Shown here: piece by piece, positions 31,643 to 40,629 of the stretch | Layout: every line of letters starts with the position of its first letter | Position numbering within the stretch: the stretch's first letter is position 1 | Origin: an uncultured Gammaproteobacteria bacterium | GTDB taxonomy: Bacteria > Patescibacteriota > Patescibacteriia > Magasanikbacterales > UBA922 | NCBI GenBank assembly: GCA_964592785.1 | Contig: CAZQHU010000003.1 | Span: 3,901 to 67,900, forward strand | Direction of reading: 5' to 3' | Length of the DNA: 64,000 nt | The notes under the pieces: model-generated | The model's input: only the letters and a program-made list of their open reading frames with translations | What the model was told of the DNA's origin: nothing | The model's database searches: none | Program-made: the position numbers and the translations under genes

Positions 31643-33099
31643 TGAACTGGTTCAAAAAATATTACCCTCTTCTTATCATTATTCTACTTGGCCTAATACT
31701 CCGTCTTTTTGTAATAATTAAGTATGGTTCATTCTGGGATGACGAAATGTTCAGCTTTGTTTTTAGTCAAAAATCCTGGACAGAAAGTTTTGTTTATTGG
31801 CTCTATGAAACCAACCCGCCTCTGCACTTGTTGTTTTTGAAAATTTGGTTTTATTTTTTACCGGCTAGCGAATTTTTCGCCAGATTACCCAGTCTCTTAT
31901 TTGCTCTCGCCACCATACCTCTCGTCTATTTACTGGGAAAAAATTGGCAAGGAAAAATGACCGGCTATATCACCGCTTTTTATCTAGCTCTTCATCCTTA
32001 CCATATCTTTTGGTCAGCTACTGCCAGGACTTATACCCTAACAATTTTTTTAACTACCGGCGCAGTTTATTTTTTTTATAAAATATTTTTTCTGGAAGAA
32101 AAAAATAGAAAAAATTATTTGGGTCTGGCCATTTTCAACCTACTCTCACTATTATCACACTTATCCGCTAGCTCAATCATACTCACACAAATTTTGTTAT
32201 TGCTCTACAAAAAAACAAATTTCAAACTCTGGTGGCAGATAAATATTACCCCTCTAATTCTCGCTGGCTCTTGGCTAATCTCTTCGCTTTGGTTGAAAAT
32301 GTCTAATCTAAATAAATCGTGGTTTTTCAATTTGAATCATGATCTAGATACATTTCTCACTCCTCTATCTAATATTTTCCTCGGCGTCTACCCACCAAAA
32401 ATGACTTTACTTTTCATTATTCCCCTACTAATTATTTTGTTTATTTTTCTCAGTAAAAAAATTAAAGAAAAAGCAGAAAAAACTTTTGTCATCTTGGCTA
32501 TCGCTCTCCTACCGATGTTTATTTCTTTTTTCTTAAATCTCTGGCATATCAAATTTTTCCTAGTCAGTTTGCCTTTTTGGCTCTTATTGGTAGCTGGAGC
32601 TTTTGCAGAAGTTTTGAAAAACAAAAAATTAATTTTTATAGCCTTGGGATTATTTTGTAGTAGTGGACTTATTTTTTTATGGTCTTTCTTGCCACTGACA
32701 AACTGGCAACCACTGCAAAAATATCTCACTACAAATTTTAATCCAGCCAAAAAACAAGCTCTGGTTTATAACAACTACATATTGGACCCACAAATAGAAA
32801 AGTACTTGAAACCGCCACAAGAAAACATGCCTTTTGTAATAGAATCAGAAAAAAATTGGGAAGATTGGGCAGTAAAAAGAAATTATCTTTATATTAAATA
32901 CTCCCAAGAACAGCTAACAAATTGGCTATCAAAAAATAATTTATTTGCCAATCAAGAAATCTTTCTTATTCAGGGCGAATATGATTACATGACCAATTTA
33001 AATAAATTACTGGAAAAAAATAATTATATTTTAGAGCAACCTGCTTGGCGTTTGCCTATTCTCGGTCGTTATTATCTCTATCACTATGTCAAAAATTGA
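31642..33099 (+). CDS. Glycosyltransferase family 39 (ArnT/PMT-like)
   Basis: SFWDDE, NPPL, ARLPS, ARTY; multiple TM segments. Confidence 0.88.
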   Translation: MNWFKKYYPLLIIILLGLILRLFVIIKYGSFWDDEMFSFVFSQKSWTESFVYWLYETNPPLHLLFLKIWFYFLPASEFFARLPSLLFALATIPLVYLLGKNWQGKMTGYITAFYLALHPYHIFWSATARTYTLTIFLTTGAVYFFYKIFFLEEKNRKNYLGLAIFNLLSLLSHLSASSIILTQILLLLYKKTNFKLWWQINITPLILAGSWLISSLWLKMSNLNKSWFFNLNHDLDTFLTPLSNIFLGVYPPKMTLLFIIPLLIILFIFLSKKIKEKAEKTFVILAIALLPMFISFFLNLWHIKFFLVSLPFWLLLVAGAFAEVLKNKKLIFIALGLFCSSGLIFLWSFLPLTNWQPLQKYLTTNFNPAKKQALVYNNYILDPQIEKYLKPPQENMPFVIESEKNWEDWAVKRNYLYIKYSQEQLTNWLSKNNLFANQEIFLIQGEYDYMTNLNKLLEKNNYILEQPAWRLPILGRYYLYHYVKN

Positions 33100-34006
33100 T
33101 CAGCGTGAAATTGAGTTAATTAAAGCATTTGTGTTGAAAAAACCACGCGAATTTTTTATTGCCCACCCGGAGTACCAAGTTAGCAAGTTAGCAAGTGAAC
33201 AAGTGAATAAGTTGATTAAAAAACGTACTCGTGGTATTCCACTCGCTTATTTACTTGGCAAAAAAGAATTTTTTGGGTTGAATTTTACAGTAAATAAAAA
33301 TGTTTTGATTCCTCGCCCAGAGACAGAACTGATGGTAGAAAAAGTTTTACAAAAAATCAAGAATTCAAAAAACCAAGAAATTATTTTAATTGATATTGGA
33401 ACTGGTACTGGATGTATTCCCATTTCAATCATAAAAACAATTAACCCCACCCTACCCTCCCCTACAAGGGGAGGGAAAGGGAGAGGTTTCGCCGTCTTTG
33501 CCACGGACATCTCCCAACCAGCTTTGTCTGTCGCCAAAAAAAACGCCAAAAAACATAATGTAAAAATAAAATTCCTTCACGGCAACTTGCTTGAACCATT
33601 TCTCTGTCATCCTGAATTTATTTCAGGATCTTTCCCAAAATCAAACCTGCTAAAAAGTATATCTGGAGAAAAGATGCTGAAACAAGTTCAGCATGACATC
33701 ATCATCACCGCCAACCTCCCCTATCTTACACCTCAACAACTTAAACAAGAACCCTCAATAAAACACGAACCTCACCTCGCCCTCGTCGCTGGCAAAGATG
33801 GACTAAAATACTACCGAGAACTTCTTAAACAAATTAATATATTGACTTCGGACTACAGACTACAGACTACAGTTTTTTGCGAAATAAATCCGGAACAAAC
33901 AAAAAATATAAAACTCCTTACTAAAAAAATTCTTCCCCAAGCCAAAATAACCCTCCACCAAGATCTGGCTGGAAAAAATAGAGTGGTGGAGATAATTCCC
34001 CTCTAG
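33086..34006 (+). CDS. prmC: Release factor glutamine methyltransferase PrmC, carrying several repeat insertions
   Basis: VLIPRPETE, DIGTGTGCI, ANLPY, EPHLAL-x2-G-x-DGL. Confidence 0.96.
   Translation: MSKIDQREIELIKAFVLKKPREFFIAHPEYQVSKLASEQVNKLIKKRTRGIPLAYLLGKKEFFGLNFTVNKNVLIPRPETELMVEKVLQKIKNSKNQEIILIDIGTGTGCIPISIIKTINPTLPSPTRGGKGRGFAVFATDISQPALSVAKKNAKKHNVKIKFLHGNLLEPFLCHPEFISGSFPKSNLLKSISGEKMLKQVQHDIIITANLPYLTPQQLKQEPSIKHEPHLALVAGKDGLKYYRELLKQINILTSDYRLQTTVFCEINPEQTKNIKLLTKKILPQAKITLHQDLAGKNRVVEIIPL
33605..33698. repeat. REP doublet translated in-frame in prmC
   Basis: Arms identical to intergenic 9743-9810; encodes CHPEFISGS...KMLKQVQHD. Confidence 0.88.
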
Positions 34007-34148
34007 AGAGGGGTGCCCGCTCAAGCGGGTGGGGTGTGTTACAATAGCAAAAATTAAAAACAACGGTCACACACCCCGTCTGCCTCCCGCCTGCCATGCC
34101 TGGCACTGGCGGGCAGGGCGAAGGCATACACCCCTCTCCAGAGGGGAT
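33994..34148. mobile_element. Empty (non-coding) copy of the DUF559 element with a nested 28-bp palindrome
   Basis: Both arms match 16738-17218; ~20-bp spacer instead of a gene; supplies the prmC stop codon. Confidence 0.8.
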
Positions 34149-34155
34149 CGCCTCT

Positions 34156-34200
34156 TGACAAACCCATAAAAATAAGCTATAATGCCCTGTTCTTTGAAAA
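34156..34200 (+). promoter_or_regulatory. Consensus sigma70 promoter followed by boxA-like TGTTCTTTGAAAA
   Basis: TTGACA-N17-TATAAT. Confidence 0.75.
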
Positions 34201-34393
34201 TTTTCAAACGGCTTATAAATTAGCCAATTTTTGACTAATGTCTAGGCCGTTTGAGGCTTAGGGAACAGAAAAACTACTGTTGAAGGAGTGGCCTGTATAG
34301 GGGGCAACTACCGAGACCTTTTTGAAGGTCATTACAGCAAGTTTCTGTTTTCCCGACTTCCTGTTCCGCCCGAGGCGGACAAGAGGAGGTACC

Positions 34394-35161
34394 ATGCCCA
34401 GTTTCTCCAACAAGTTCCTGAAAGTGGAGAGCGACCGCTCTCCGGTGGGACAGCGGACCCGTCTGCTGGTCCTCTGGTCATACTTCATGGCCATTCTCCT
34501 GGGTGGCCTGTGGCTGATGCCCAGCTCGATGGCAGTGGCGAACCTGATCCTGATGGGTTTGAACACCCTCATCTTCGCCCGCTGGGTGTCCAAGAATGGG
34601 GTGGATTACTACCCCAAGAAGGAAAACAGAAAATACCCCCCGTTTCTTCCGAGATGGGGAGAGGGTACGCGTCGGTACTACTTCGTACCGGCGATCATGA
34701 CCAGCACGATCTGGTCGGCAGTGTTTTTCGGCTGGAACACCTGGTTCAGCGAAAACTTGTTGTGGATTGTTTTGGGTGTTATGTGCATCCTTCTCGCCAT
34801 CTTTCTGGTCCCCTACCTGTGGGGTAAGAGGGCATCCAGGAAAAGCAAGAGATTCATGGCCCAGCAAGACGAGGAGAGACGAAAGCAGAAGGAGATCGAC
34901 GAGCTGATTCAAGCGGCGATGGGAAGGAAGGAACTCGAGATTTACGAGAGGGAGAAAGAGTTCCTTCGTGACCTGGCAGTAATCATCGCCAACTTCCACT
35001 ACGAAAAGGGAAGAAAGCCCTCGAAGAGGGACGCCGAACTCCGGCAGAAACTCGAGGCGATCCTCGAGTACTTCGTCGGCCCGAGCGAGGCCGAGGCCAT
35101 GGTCGCCGAGGAGCTCTACCGCCTCACTCGTGAGGCGAAGAAGGCCACGGTGGCCACTTAG
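34394..35161 (+). CDS. GC-rich orphan membrane protein (4 TM plus coiled coil)
   Basis: GAGGAGGT SD; 255 aa. Confidence 0.75.
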   Translation: MPSFSNKFLKVESDRSPVGQRTRLLVLWSYFMAILLGGLWLMPSSMAVANLILMGLNTLIFARWVSKNGVDYYPKKENRKYPPFLPRWGEGTRRYYFVPAIMTSTIWSAVFFGWNTWFSENLLWIVLGVMCILLAIFLVPYLWGKRASRKSKRFMAQQDEERRKQKEIDELIQAAMGRKELEIYEREKEFLRDLAVIIANFHYEKGRKPSKRDAELRQKLEAILEYFVGPSEAEAMVAEELYRLTREAKKATVAT

Positions 35162-35166
35162 ACACT

Positions 35167-35306
35167 GTTCGTTCTTTAGAGGGGCGCCGACCGGTTGAGT
35201 TGAGATTTACTTCTCCTCCCGGTCGGCGCCCCGATGTAATCAAGTGTTTGTAAAATATTTTGTAAATAGTTGAAAATAAAAAATCCGCTGATAAGGCGGT
35301 TTTTTT
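35167..35306 (+). repeat. Conserved 3' module, copy B (GTTCGTTCTTTAG; CCGACCGGTTGAG..CTCCCGGTCGG; TCAAGTGTTT..TTGA; terminator)
   Basis: Aligns by eye with 35778-35920. Confidence 0.85.
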
Positions 35307-35408
35307 GTTTGTCATCCCTTTTGTAAAAGGTAAGATGGGTATTGACAAAAACACAAAAATAAGCCAATATTGTTATAGGAAATTCGTCATCTACAGGAGG
35401 TTTTCTCA

Positions 35409-35747
35409 ATGGCAAATAATTATCACTTGTCTGGTCCTTTTTCCTTCGGTATCCTATCTCCAAAGAACAAGGAGGAAAAGTACAGTATTTTCTTCCTGTC
35501 AATTCTTAGGGGCGACGAAGTGCACCGAGCCTATCTCTGCTACTCCAAGCAACAAGTTCGAAACGTGTTTGACCAGTTCAGACCTTGTATTGCACCAGAC
35601 GAACTCAAGATAGCGGAAGATTTCGTAACCCATAACCAGCACGTACCCGAATTCTCGAACCACAAGATGAGGGAATACAACGGACGAGAGGCCGAAGTGT
35701 TCACCGCGCTCATGTCCACTGGGCACTACGCAAGCATTGCCAACTGA
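35409..35747 (+). CDS. Orphan protein (112 aa)
   Basis: TTGACA promoter at 35342; AGGAGG SD. Confidence 0.7.
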   Translation: MANNYHLSGPFSFGILSPKNKEEKYSIFFLSILRGDEVHRAYLCYSKQQVRNVFDQFRPCIAPDELKIAEDFVTHNQHVPEFSNHKMREYNGREAEVFTALMSTGHYASIAN

Positions 35748-35753
35748 CCATCC

Positions 35754-35920
35754 GCCCGAGTCAGGGCAAACCAAATTGTTTCGTTCTTTAGCGGGTCCGA
35801 CCGGTTGAGTTAATGCCTCCTTGGCATTCTCCCGGTCGGACAATCCAATCAAATGTTTGTAAAAATTATTTTGTAAATAGTTGAGAATAAAAAATCACTT
35901 AATAATCTAAGTGATTTTTT
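35754..35920 (+). repeat. Conserved 3' module, copy C
   Basis: Same motif order as copy B, plus GCCCGAGTCAGGGCAAAC shared with 37779-37796. Confidence 0.85.
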
Positions 35921-35947
35921 ATTTTTTAGAACGACAATTGGCTGGGG

Positions 35948-36137
35948 TTTGGGGCCGCCAACCTGTTTGAGCTAGAAGTGCTTGATGGATATGTATATTA
36001 TTAGTATGGCGAGTCTTGGCGGCCCCAAAACTTTTTTGTTACTTTTTTGGTTACAAAAAAGTAAAGAGTGATTATTTTGTCATAAACTTCGGCAAACTCT
36101 CCTGGCCTACGGGCCACCCTCTCTTGGAAAGAGAGGG
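35948..36137. repeat. Palindromic repeat elements (TTTGGGGCCGCCAA..TTGGCGGCCCCAAA; TTACTTTTTTG..CAAAAAAGTAA; solo arm CCACCCTCTCTT..AAGAGAGGG)
   Basis: Perfect 14-bp and 11-bp inverted repeats; 36097-36137 resembles the DUF559 arm architecture. Confidence 0.6.
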
Positions 36138-36172
36138 ATGACAAACATCCACCTATATTTTTATTTTTTGTT

Positions 36173-36577
36173 TCACTGTCTCCTCCACCACAACCCAACA
36201 CAAAACAACACTGCGCCGGTAAGACCATTTGCCAAATCTGCCATAGTGTCTAGTGCTCCTGCTTGATAACGCCAGCCTTGAAAAAGTAAATCATGATAAA
36301 ATTCATATACTTCCCAAACGACAGCAGCAAAACAAGCAAAACCAACCAATAAAAAATACTTAAGCCAAACAGGTTTGAATTCTGCTTTTATATATTTCAA
36401 AAATAAATAAGCGGTCCAAGCAGCCACCAGTCCTCCAATAATATGAAATGGCAAATCTACCCAAGGAAAATTTTCTACAAAAAAATCTTTAAAAAATCTG
36501 AACAAAAATTCATTGAGCAAAAACACCACCCACATTGGTGAGGTGATACGAAAAAATGTTTTTAAAAATTTATTCAT
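36173..36577 (-). CDS. Membrane protein (DUF2238/VanZ-like)
   Basis: D-x-PFH-x2-GG, WEVYE, DTMADL. Confidence 0.75.
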   Translation of the reverse strand: MNKFLKTFFRITSPMWVVFLLNEFLFRFFKDFFVENFPWVDLPFHIIGGLVAAWTAYLFLKYIKAEFKPVWLKYFLLVGFACFAAVVWEVYEFYHDLLFQGWRYQAGALDTMADLANGLTGAVLFCVGLWWRRQ

Positions 36578-37664
36578 AATTAATTTTGGTATTTTGATTT
36601 GCCACTTCAATCCAAATCTTACCTGGATTAAAAATTATTTCTTCACCATTGACCCCATAAAAACGCGTTCGACCTACCCTATCTTTCTTCACCCAAGTAC
36701 CAGTATAATCCAAACCATTTTGAAAAACTACTGCCTCGCCAGAACCAATAGTTTCCATACCCAGTCTCCCAATACTATCCAAAATTTCAGTTTCAACCTT
36801 TTGGACTATCACCACATCGGCCGCGATCGACATACCATCGGCATCCACATGCGGACGACCCATCTGATAACGTTCATATTTATTGGTGGAAGTATTGTAT
36901 TTCCACACTGCTTCATACACTGGCGGAAGAAATGAGACAGTTAGACTACCAACAATTTCGGAATTTCCTAATTTCTCAATTTCTTCTTTTGTAGTTGTCA
37001 CAAATTTCCAGCTTTTATATTCATCATTCAAATAATTTTCTGAATAACTATTCAAGGCTCTACTACCCAACTCGCTAGAAGTATAAACATTATGCGGAGC
37101 GCTTCTTTCCTGCGCTCGCCAATAATATTGCCCATTATAAAATTCATTTAGATCATTTATTTTATATTTTTTAATCAAATCCAAAGCCTCTGGTGAACCA
37201 CCGACATGCATATAAACCGGTGTACCATATTCTGAAAGCCAATCTAGATAATAAGACCGGGCACTACGCACTGGGCCGATCTTTCCAACTTCCGAGTCAG
37301 CTGGATAAATCGCCAAAAATCTAGTATAGTTGGCTTCTACCGGCGCTTCATAAACAACACTGGCTTTGGATAAGCCCGCCTGCGGACGTGCTTCACTATG
37401 GTTTTCTATCATCACCGCCAAAAGCCGAGGATTCATTTGATCGGACTCTTCCACACAAACTCCATCCAAAAAACGACGAAATTCGCAATCTTTTTGTTCT
37501 TCCAAATTTGACAAATCCACCAAGGCAATTCTATCAATCTTATCAGTGAAATATTGCCAACCAAACCAGACCAATAAAAATAGTCCTACCAAAAAAACCA
37601 ACCCTGCCAAAAGATAGACAAATTGTGCTTGAGTAAATTTAAATTTTTTGAAATTATTCTTCAT
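36570..37664 (-). CDS. DUF3048 domain protein
   Basis: AVMIENH-x2-ARPQAGL, GPVRSARSY, APHNVY. Confidence 0.92.
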   Translation of the reverse strand: MKNNFKKFKFTQAQFVYLLAGLVFLVGLFLLVWFGWQYFTDKIDRIALVDLSNLEEQKDCEFRRFLDGVCVEESDQMNPRLLAVMIENHSEARPQAGLSKASVVYEAPVEANYTRFLAIYPADSEVGKIGPVRSARSYYLDWLSEYGTPVYMHVGGSPEALDLIKKYKINDLNEFYNGQYYWRAQERSAPHNVYTSSELGSRALNSYSENYLNDEYKSWKFVTTTKEEIEKLGNSEIVGSLTVSFLPPVYEAVWKYNTSTNKYERYQMGRPHVDADGMSIAADVVIVQKVETEILDSIGRLGMETIGSGEAVVFQNGLDYTGTWVKKDRVGRTRFYGVNGEEIIFNPGKIWIEVANQNTKINYE

Positions 37665-37806
37665 AACTTTGACATCATACTACAAAAAAATCAAAAAATC
37701 AAAAACCGCCCCGCAATATGCGGGGCTGTTTTTGACTGTCCCCGACTGTTCGGTGCGACAGTCGGGATCTCCTTGCTTGTTTGCCCTGAGACGGGCAGAG
37801 AGAACC

Positions 37807-38307
37807 CTAGTTCCAAAGACGCTGAAGCCCTGTGGCTTCCTGTCGCACGATTCCCAAAGCGACAACAGCATCCTTGATGTAGACAGCGATGAGCTGAGAC
37901 AATTCCATCCAAAAGATCCCGGAGTGAATCATGCTGTATTGCATGTTCTTCTTTTCCCTCAGGAATCCTTGGCTCAGCCAATCGGGAAAGTCTATTCCGT
38001 ACAAACTCTCGTCAACAATGAACGAAAGAAACACTGCGAAATAGTCCTCCAAGAGAACGAAACGATCCCTTGGAAAAAACAAATCTGTCAGTTCACGAAT
38101 CCTCTGCTGTTGAACTTGCGGTGCCCGAACAATATCCTTGGGATGACTGGGGAAACCCCAAGTCTGCAAAAGAGGCGCAATCACTCGATGTCCGGGAAAT
38201 TCCAAAAAGGCACGACCCTCCCTTACAAAACCTCCGAAAATCAAACGCCCGGTGACTTGGATTTGTAACTCCCTGTCTCTGTCAGTAACCAAAGAATAAT
38301 CCACCAT
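37807..38307 (-). CDS. GC-rich orphan protein
   Basis: GGAGG SD; TTGACA-N17-TAAGCT promoter (~38372-38344); terminator 37701-37733. Confidence 0.65.
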   Translation of the reverse strand: MVDYSLVTDRDRELQIQVTGRLIFGGFVREGRAFLEFPGHRVIAPLLQTWGFPSHPKDIVRAPQVQQQRIRELTDLFFPRDRFVLLEDYFAVFLSFIVDESLYGIDFPDWLSQGFLREKKNMQYSMIHSGIFWMELSQLIAVYIKDAVVALGIVRQEATGLQRLWN

Positions 38308-38431
38308 TTCTCCCTCCATCTTGCTAACAAGCTGTCAGAGACAAGCTTAACAAAAGCATTCTTGACTGTCAATAATTACACATAAAAAAATACCCTCTGG
38401 ATTTTGGGGGTATTTTTTCAATAAAGTTTTA

Positions 38432-39103
38432 TTAATCTTTCTTTTCTTCAGTTTTCTCGCCTTCACCTTCAGTTTCTTCTTTTCCTTTCTTCTCCACTTC
38501 GATCTGGTCAATAGCTGGAGCAGCTGCTTCTTCCATAGCCTTGAGTTCATCCTCACTAAGTGGAGCAGCCACTTTGACAATAACTTGTCCAGCATCCTCA
38601 TTGGCAATAATACCAGCTGGCAATGACAAATCTTTCACATGAATAACTTTTTCAAAAGTATCCAAAACACCCAAATCAATATCAATTTCATTGACCAAAT
38701 CTTTTGGCAAACATTTGATATCTAGAGTATCTTGAGCTTTTACCAAAGTACCACCAAGGGCTTTGACAGCTGGGGCTTCGCCTACAAAATTCAATTTCAC
38801 TGTAGCTTCCATTTCTTTATTCATATTGATCTGACGAAAATCTACATGAGTGACTACGCCCTTGACTGGATCATGTTGTAAATCCTGAATCAACACCTTG
38901 AGCGGAGCACCGCCATCTATACTTAAATCAATAATACTAGCTTCACCAGCTTCATTATAAAGTTTCAAAAACTCATTATAATCAAAAGCCAAAGAAACCG
39001 GTTCCAAACCTGGTCCATAGAGCACACCGGGCAATTGACTTTGGGCACGCAAATCGGCCGCCTGTCCGGCAGTTCTCTTTTTAACAGAAAAACTAAGAGT
39101 CAT
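38432..39103 (-). CDS. rplY: 50S ribosomal protein L25/CTC
   Basis: PGVLYG, DLQHDPV-x4-HVDF. Confidence 0.96.
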   Translation of the reverse strand: MTLSFSVKKRTAGQAADLRAQSQLPGVLYGPGLEPVSLAFDYNEFLKLYNEAGEASIIDLSIDGGAPLKVLIQDLQHDPVKGVVTHVDFRQINMNKEMEATVKLNFVGEAPAVKALGGTLVKAQDTLDIKCLPKDLVNEIDIDLGVLDTFEKVIHVKDLSLPAGIIANEDAGQVIVKVAAPLSEDELKAMEEAAAPAIDQIEVEKKGKEETEGEGEKTEEKKD

Positions 39104-39106
39104 AAA

Positions 39107-39433
39107 TTAATATTTAAAATTAAATTGATTAGTTTTTAAAAATTGATGAAAATTAAGCAACTCTTCTTCACTCACCGGTCCCCTAGCCAACAACCTCTTG
39201 GCGTCGGCAAAATCCAAATCTGTAAGCATACCAACTGAACTGGCTCCAAAAGGTGTGGAAACCATCAATGCCACCACTGCATGCCGACAACTGCCACAAA
39301 ACAAATGCAATAAACTGGCGCTTTCCTTTTCTTCCAAAACTCGGGACTGCTCCTTGGTATATTGATTTTGACAAACCGGACAATGTTGCAAAGAACGAAG
39401 ATTGTCGGGAAAAGAATTTTCTAATTTAGACAT
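39107..39433 (-). CDS. Conserved Zn-binding hypothetical protein
   Basis: CPVC...HLFCGSC, GMLTDL. Confidence 0.75.
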   Translation of the reverse strand: MSKLENSFPDNLRSLQHCPVCQNQYTKEQSRVLEEKESASLLHLFCGSCRHAVVALMVSTPFGASSVGMLTDLDFADAKRLLARGPVSEEELLNFHQFLKTNQFNFKY

Positions 39434-39497
39434 AAAATTATTCTGTCCCCGCGTTAACCTGCGGTGGACATTACTCTACCATTATTATAAAAAAAAG

Positions 39498-40622
39498 TCA
39501 AGACTCATACAACTCGTGTTTGGCAATAGTGCCACTTTGCGCCACACTTTCCACCATACCCAACAATAATAAGTTGATAATCAACGAAGAGCCACCATAA
39601 CTCAAAAATGGCAAAGTCACCCCAACTACTGGCATGAAACCCATGGCTGCTCCCAAATTGATGACAATTTGTGTAAGAAATAATAACAAAACCCCGGATA
39701 CCAAAAAAGCAGAAAAATCATTTTTGGCCCGCCGAATAATAGTGATCAAACGCCATAAAAATAAAAAATATAATAAAAGCACCAAACCACCACCCACAAA
39801 CCCCAACTCTTCAGCAATCACTGAAAAAATAAAATCTGTTTGTGCCTCTGGTAAAAAATGTAGTTGTGATTGGGAACCAAAACCCAAACCGCGCCCAACA
39901 ATCTGTCCAGAGCCAATGGCAATCATTGATTGAGTCACATTGTAGCCCGAACCCAAAGGATCCAATTCCGGATTGATAAAAGTCAAAATTCTGCCTCGCT
40001 GATAATCTTGAAAAAGAAAAAACCAAGCAAAAATCACCATCAATACCGCCAAAATTACCAAAGCAAAAATATAACGTTTTTTAGTTCCTGAAAGACATAA
40101 AATTCCAAACCAAATGGCGCTCAAAACAATGGCTGAACCCAGATCTGGTTGCAATAAAATCAAACCAGCCAAAAATAAAGTAACCAAAGCACTGGTAAAA
40201 ACAAACTGCCATTTTTCAAAACGTCGACCAAATCTCTCCAACCACCAGGCAAGCATAATAATAAGACCAACTTTGGCAAATTCAGCTGGTTGAAAAGAAA
40301 AACCAAAAAAATGAAACCAGCCGCGAGTGCCACGAATTGTTTCCCCAAAAATTAAAACTCCCAACAAAAGTAAAAATGCCAACAAATAAAAAAACTTGGC
40401 CTTTTGACGATAAAAACTTACATGAAAAAAACTGGCAAACAAAAAAAACACCAGACCAATGACAACCGCACTGCTCTGGGTGGAAAAATAATCAAGTTCT
40501 GCACCTCGGGATAAATCTACACTGTAAATCGCTACCAAACTTATGGCCACCAAACCCGCCACCAATAATACTAAAATCCAATCAAAATTACGCGCCAATT
40601 GTTTGAATCTAGACAAATCCAT
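39498..40622 (-). CDS. rodA: Rod shape-determining protein RodA
   Basis: FQPAEFAK, LQPDLG, LPEAQTDFIF, LPFLSYGGSS. Confidence 0.93.
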   Translation of the reverse strand: MDLSRFKQLARNFDWILVLLVAGLVAISLVAIYSVDLSRGAELDYFSTQSSAVVIGLVFFLFASFFHVSFYRQKAKFFYLLAFLLLLGVLIFGETIRGTRGWFHFFGFSFQPAEFAKVGLIIMLAWWLERFGRRFEKWQFVFTSALVTLFLAGLILLQPDLGSAIVLSAIWFGILCLSGTKKRYIFALVILAVLMVIFAWFFLFQDYQRGRILTFINPELDPLGSGYNVTQSMIAIGSGQIVGRGLGFGSQSQLHFLPEAQTDFIFSVIAEELGFVGGGLVLLLYFLFLWRLITIIRRAKNDFSAFLVSGVLLLFLTQIVINLGAAMGFMPVVGVTLPFLSYGGSSLIINLLLLGMVESVAQSGTIAKHELYES

Positions 40623-40629
40623 AAAAACC

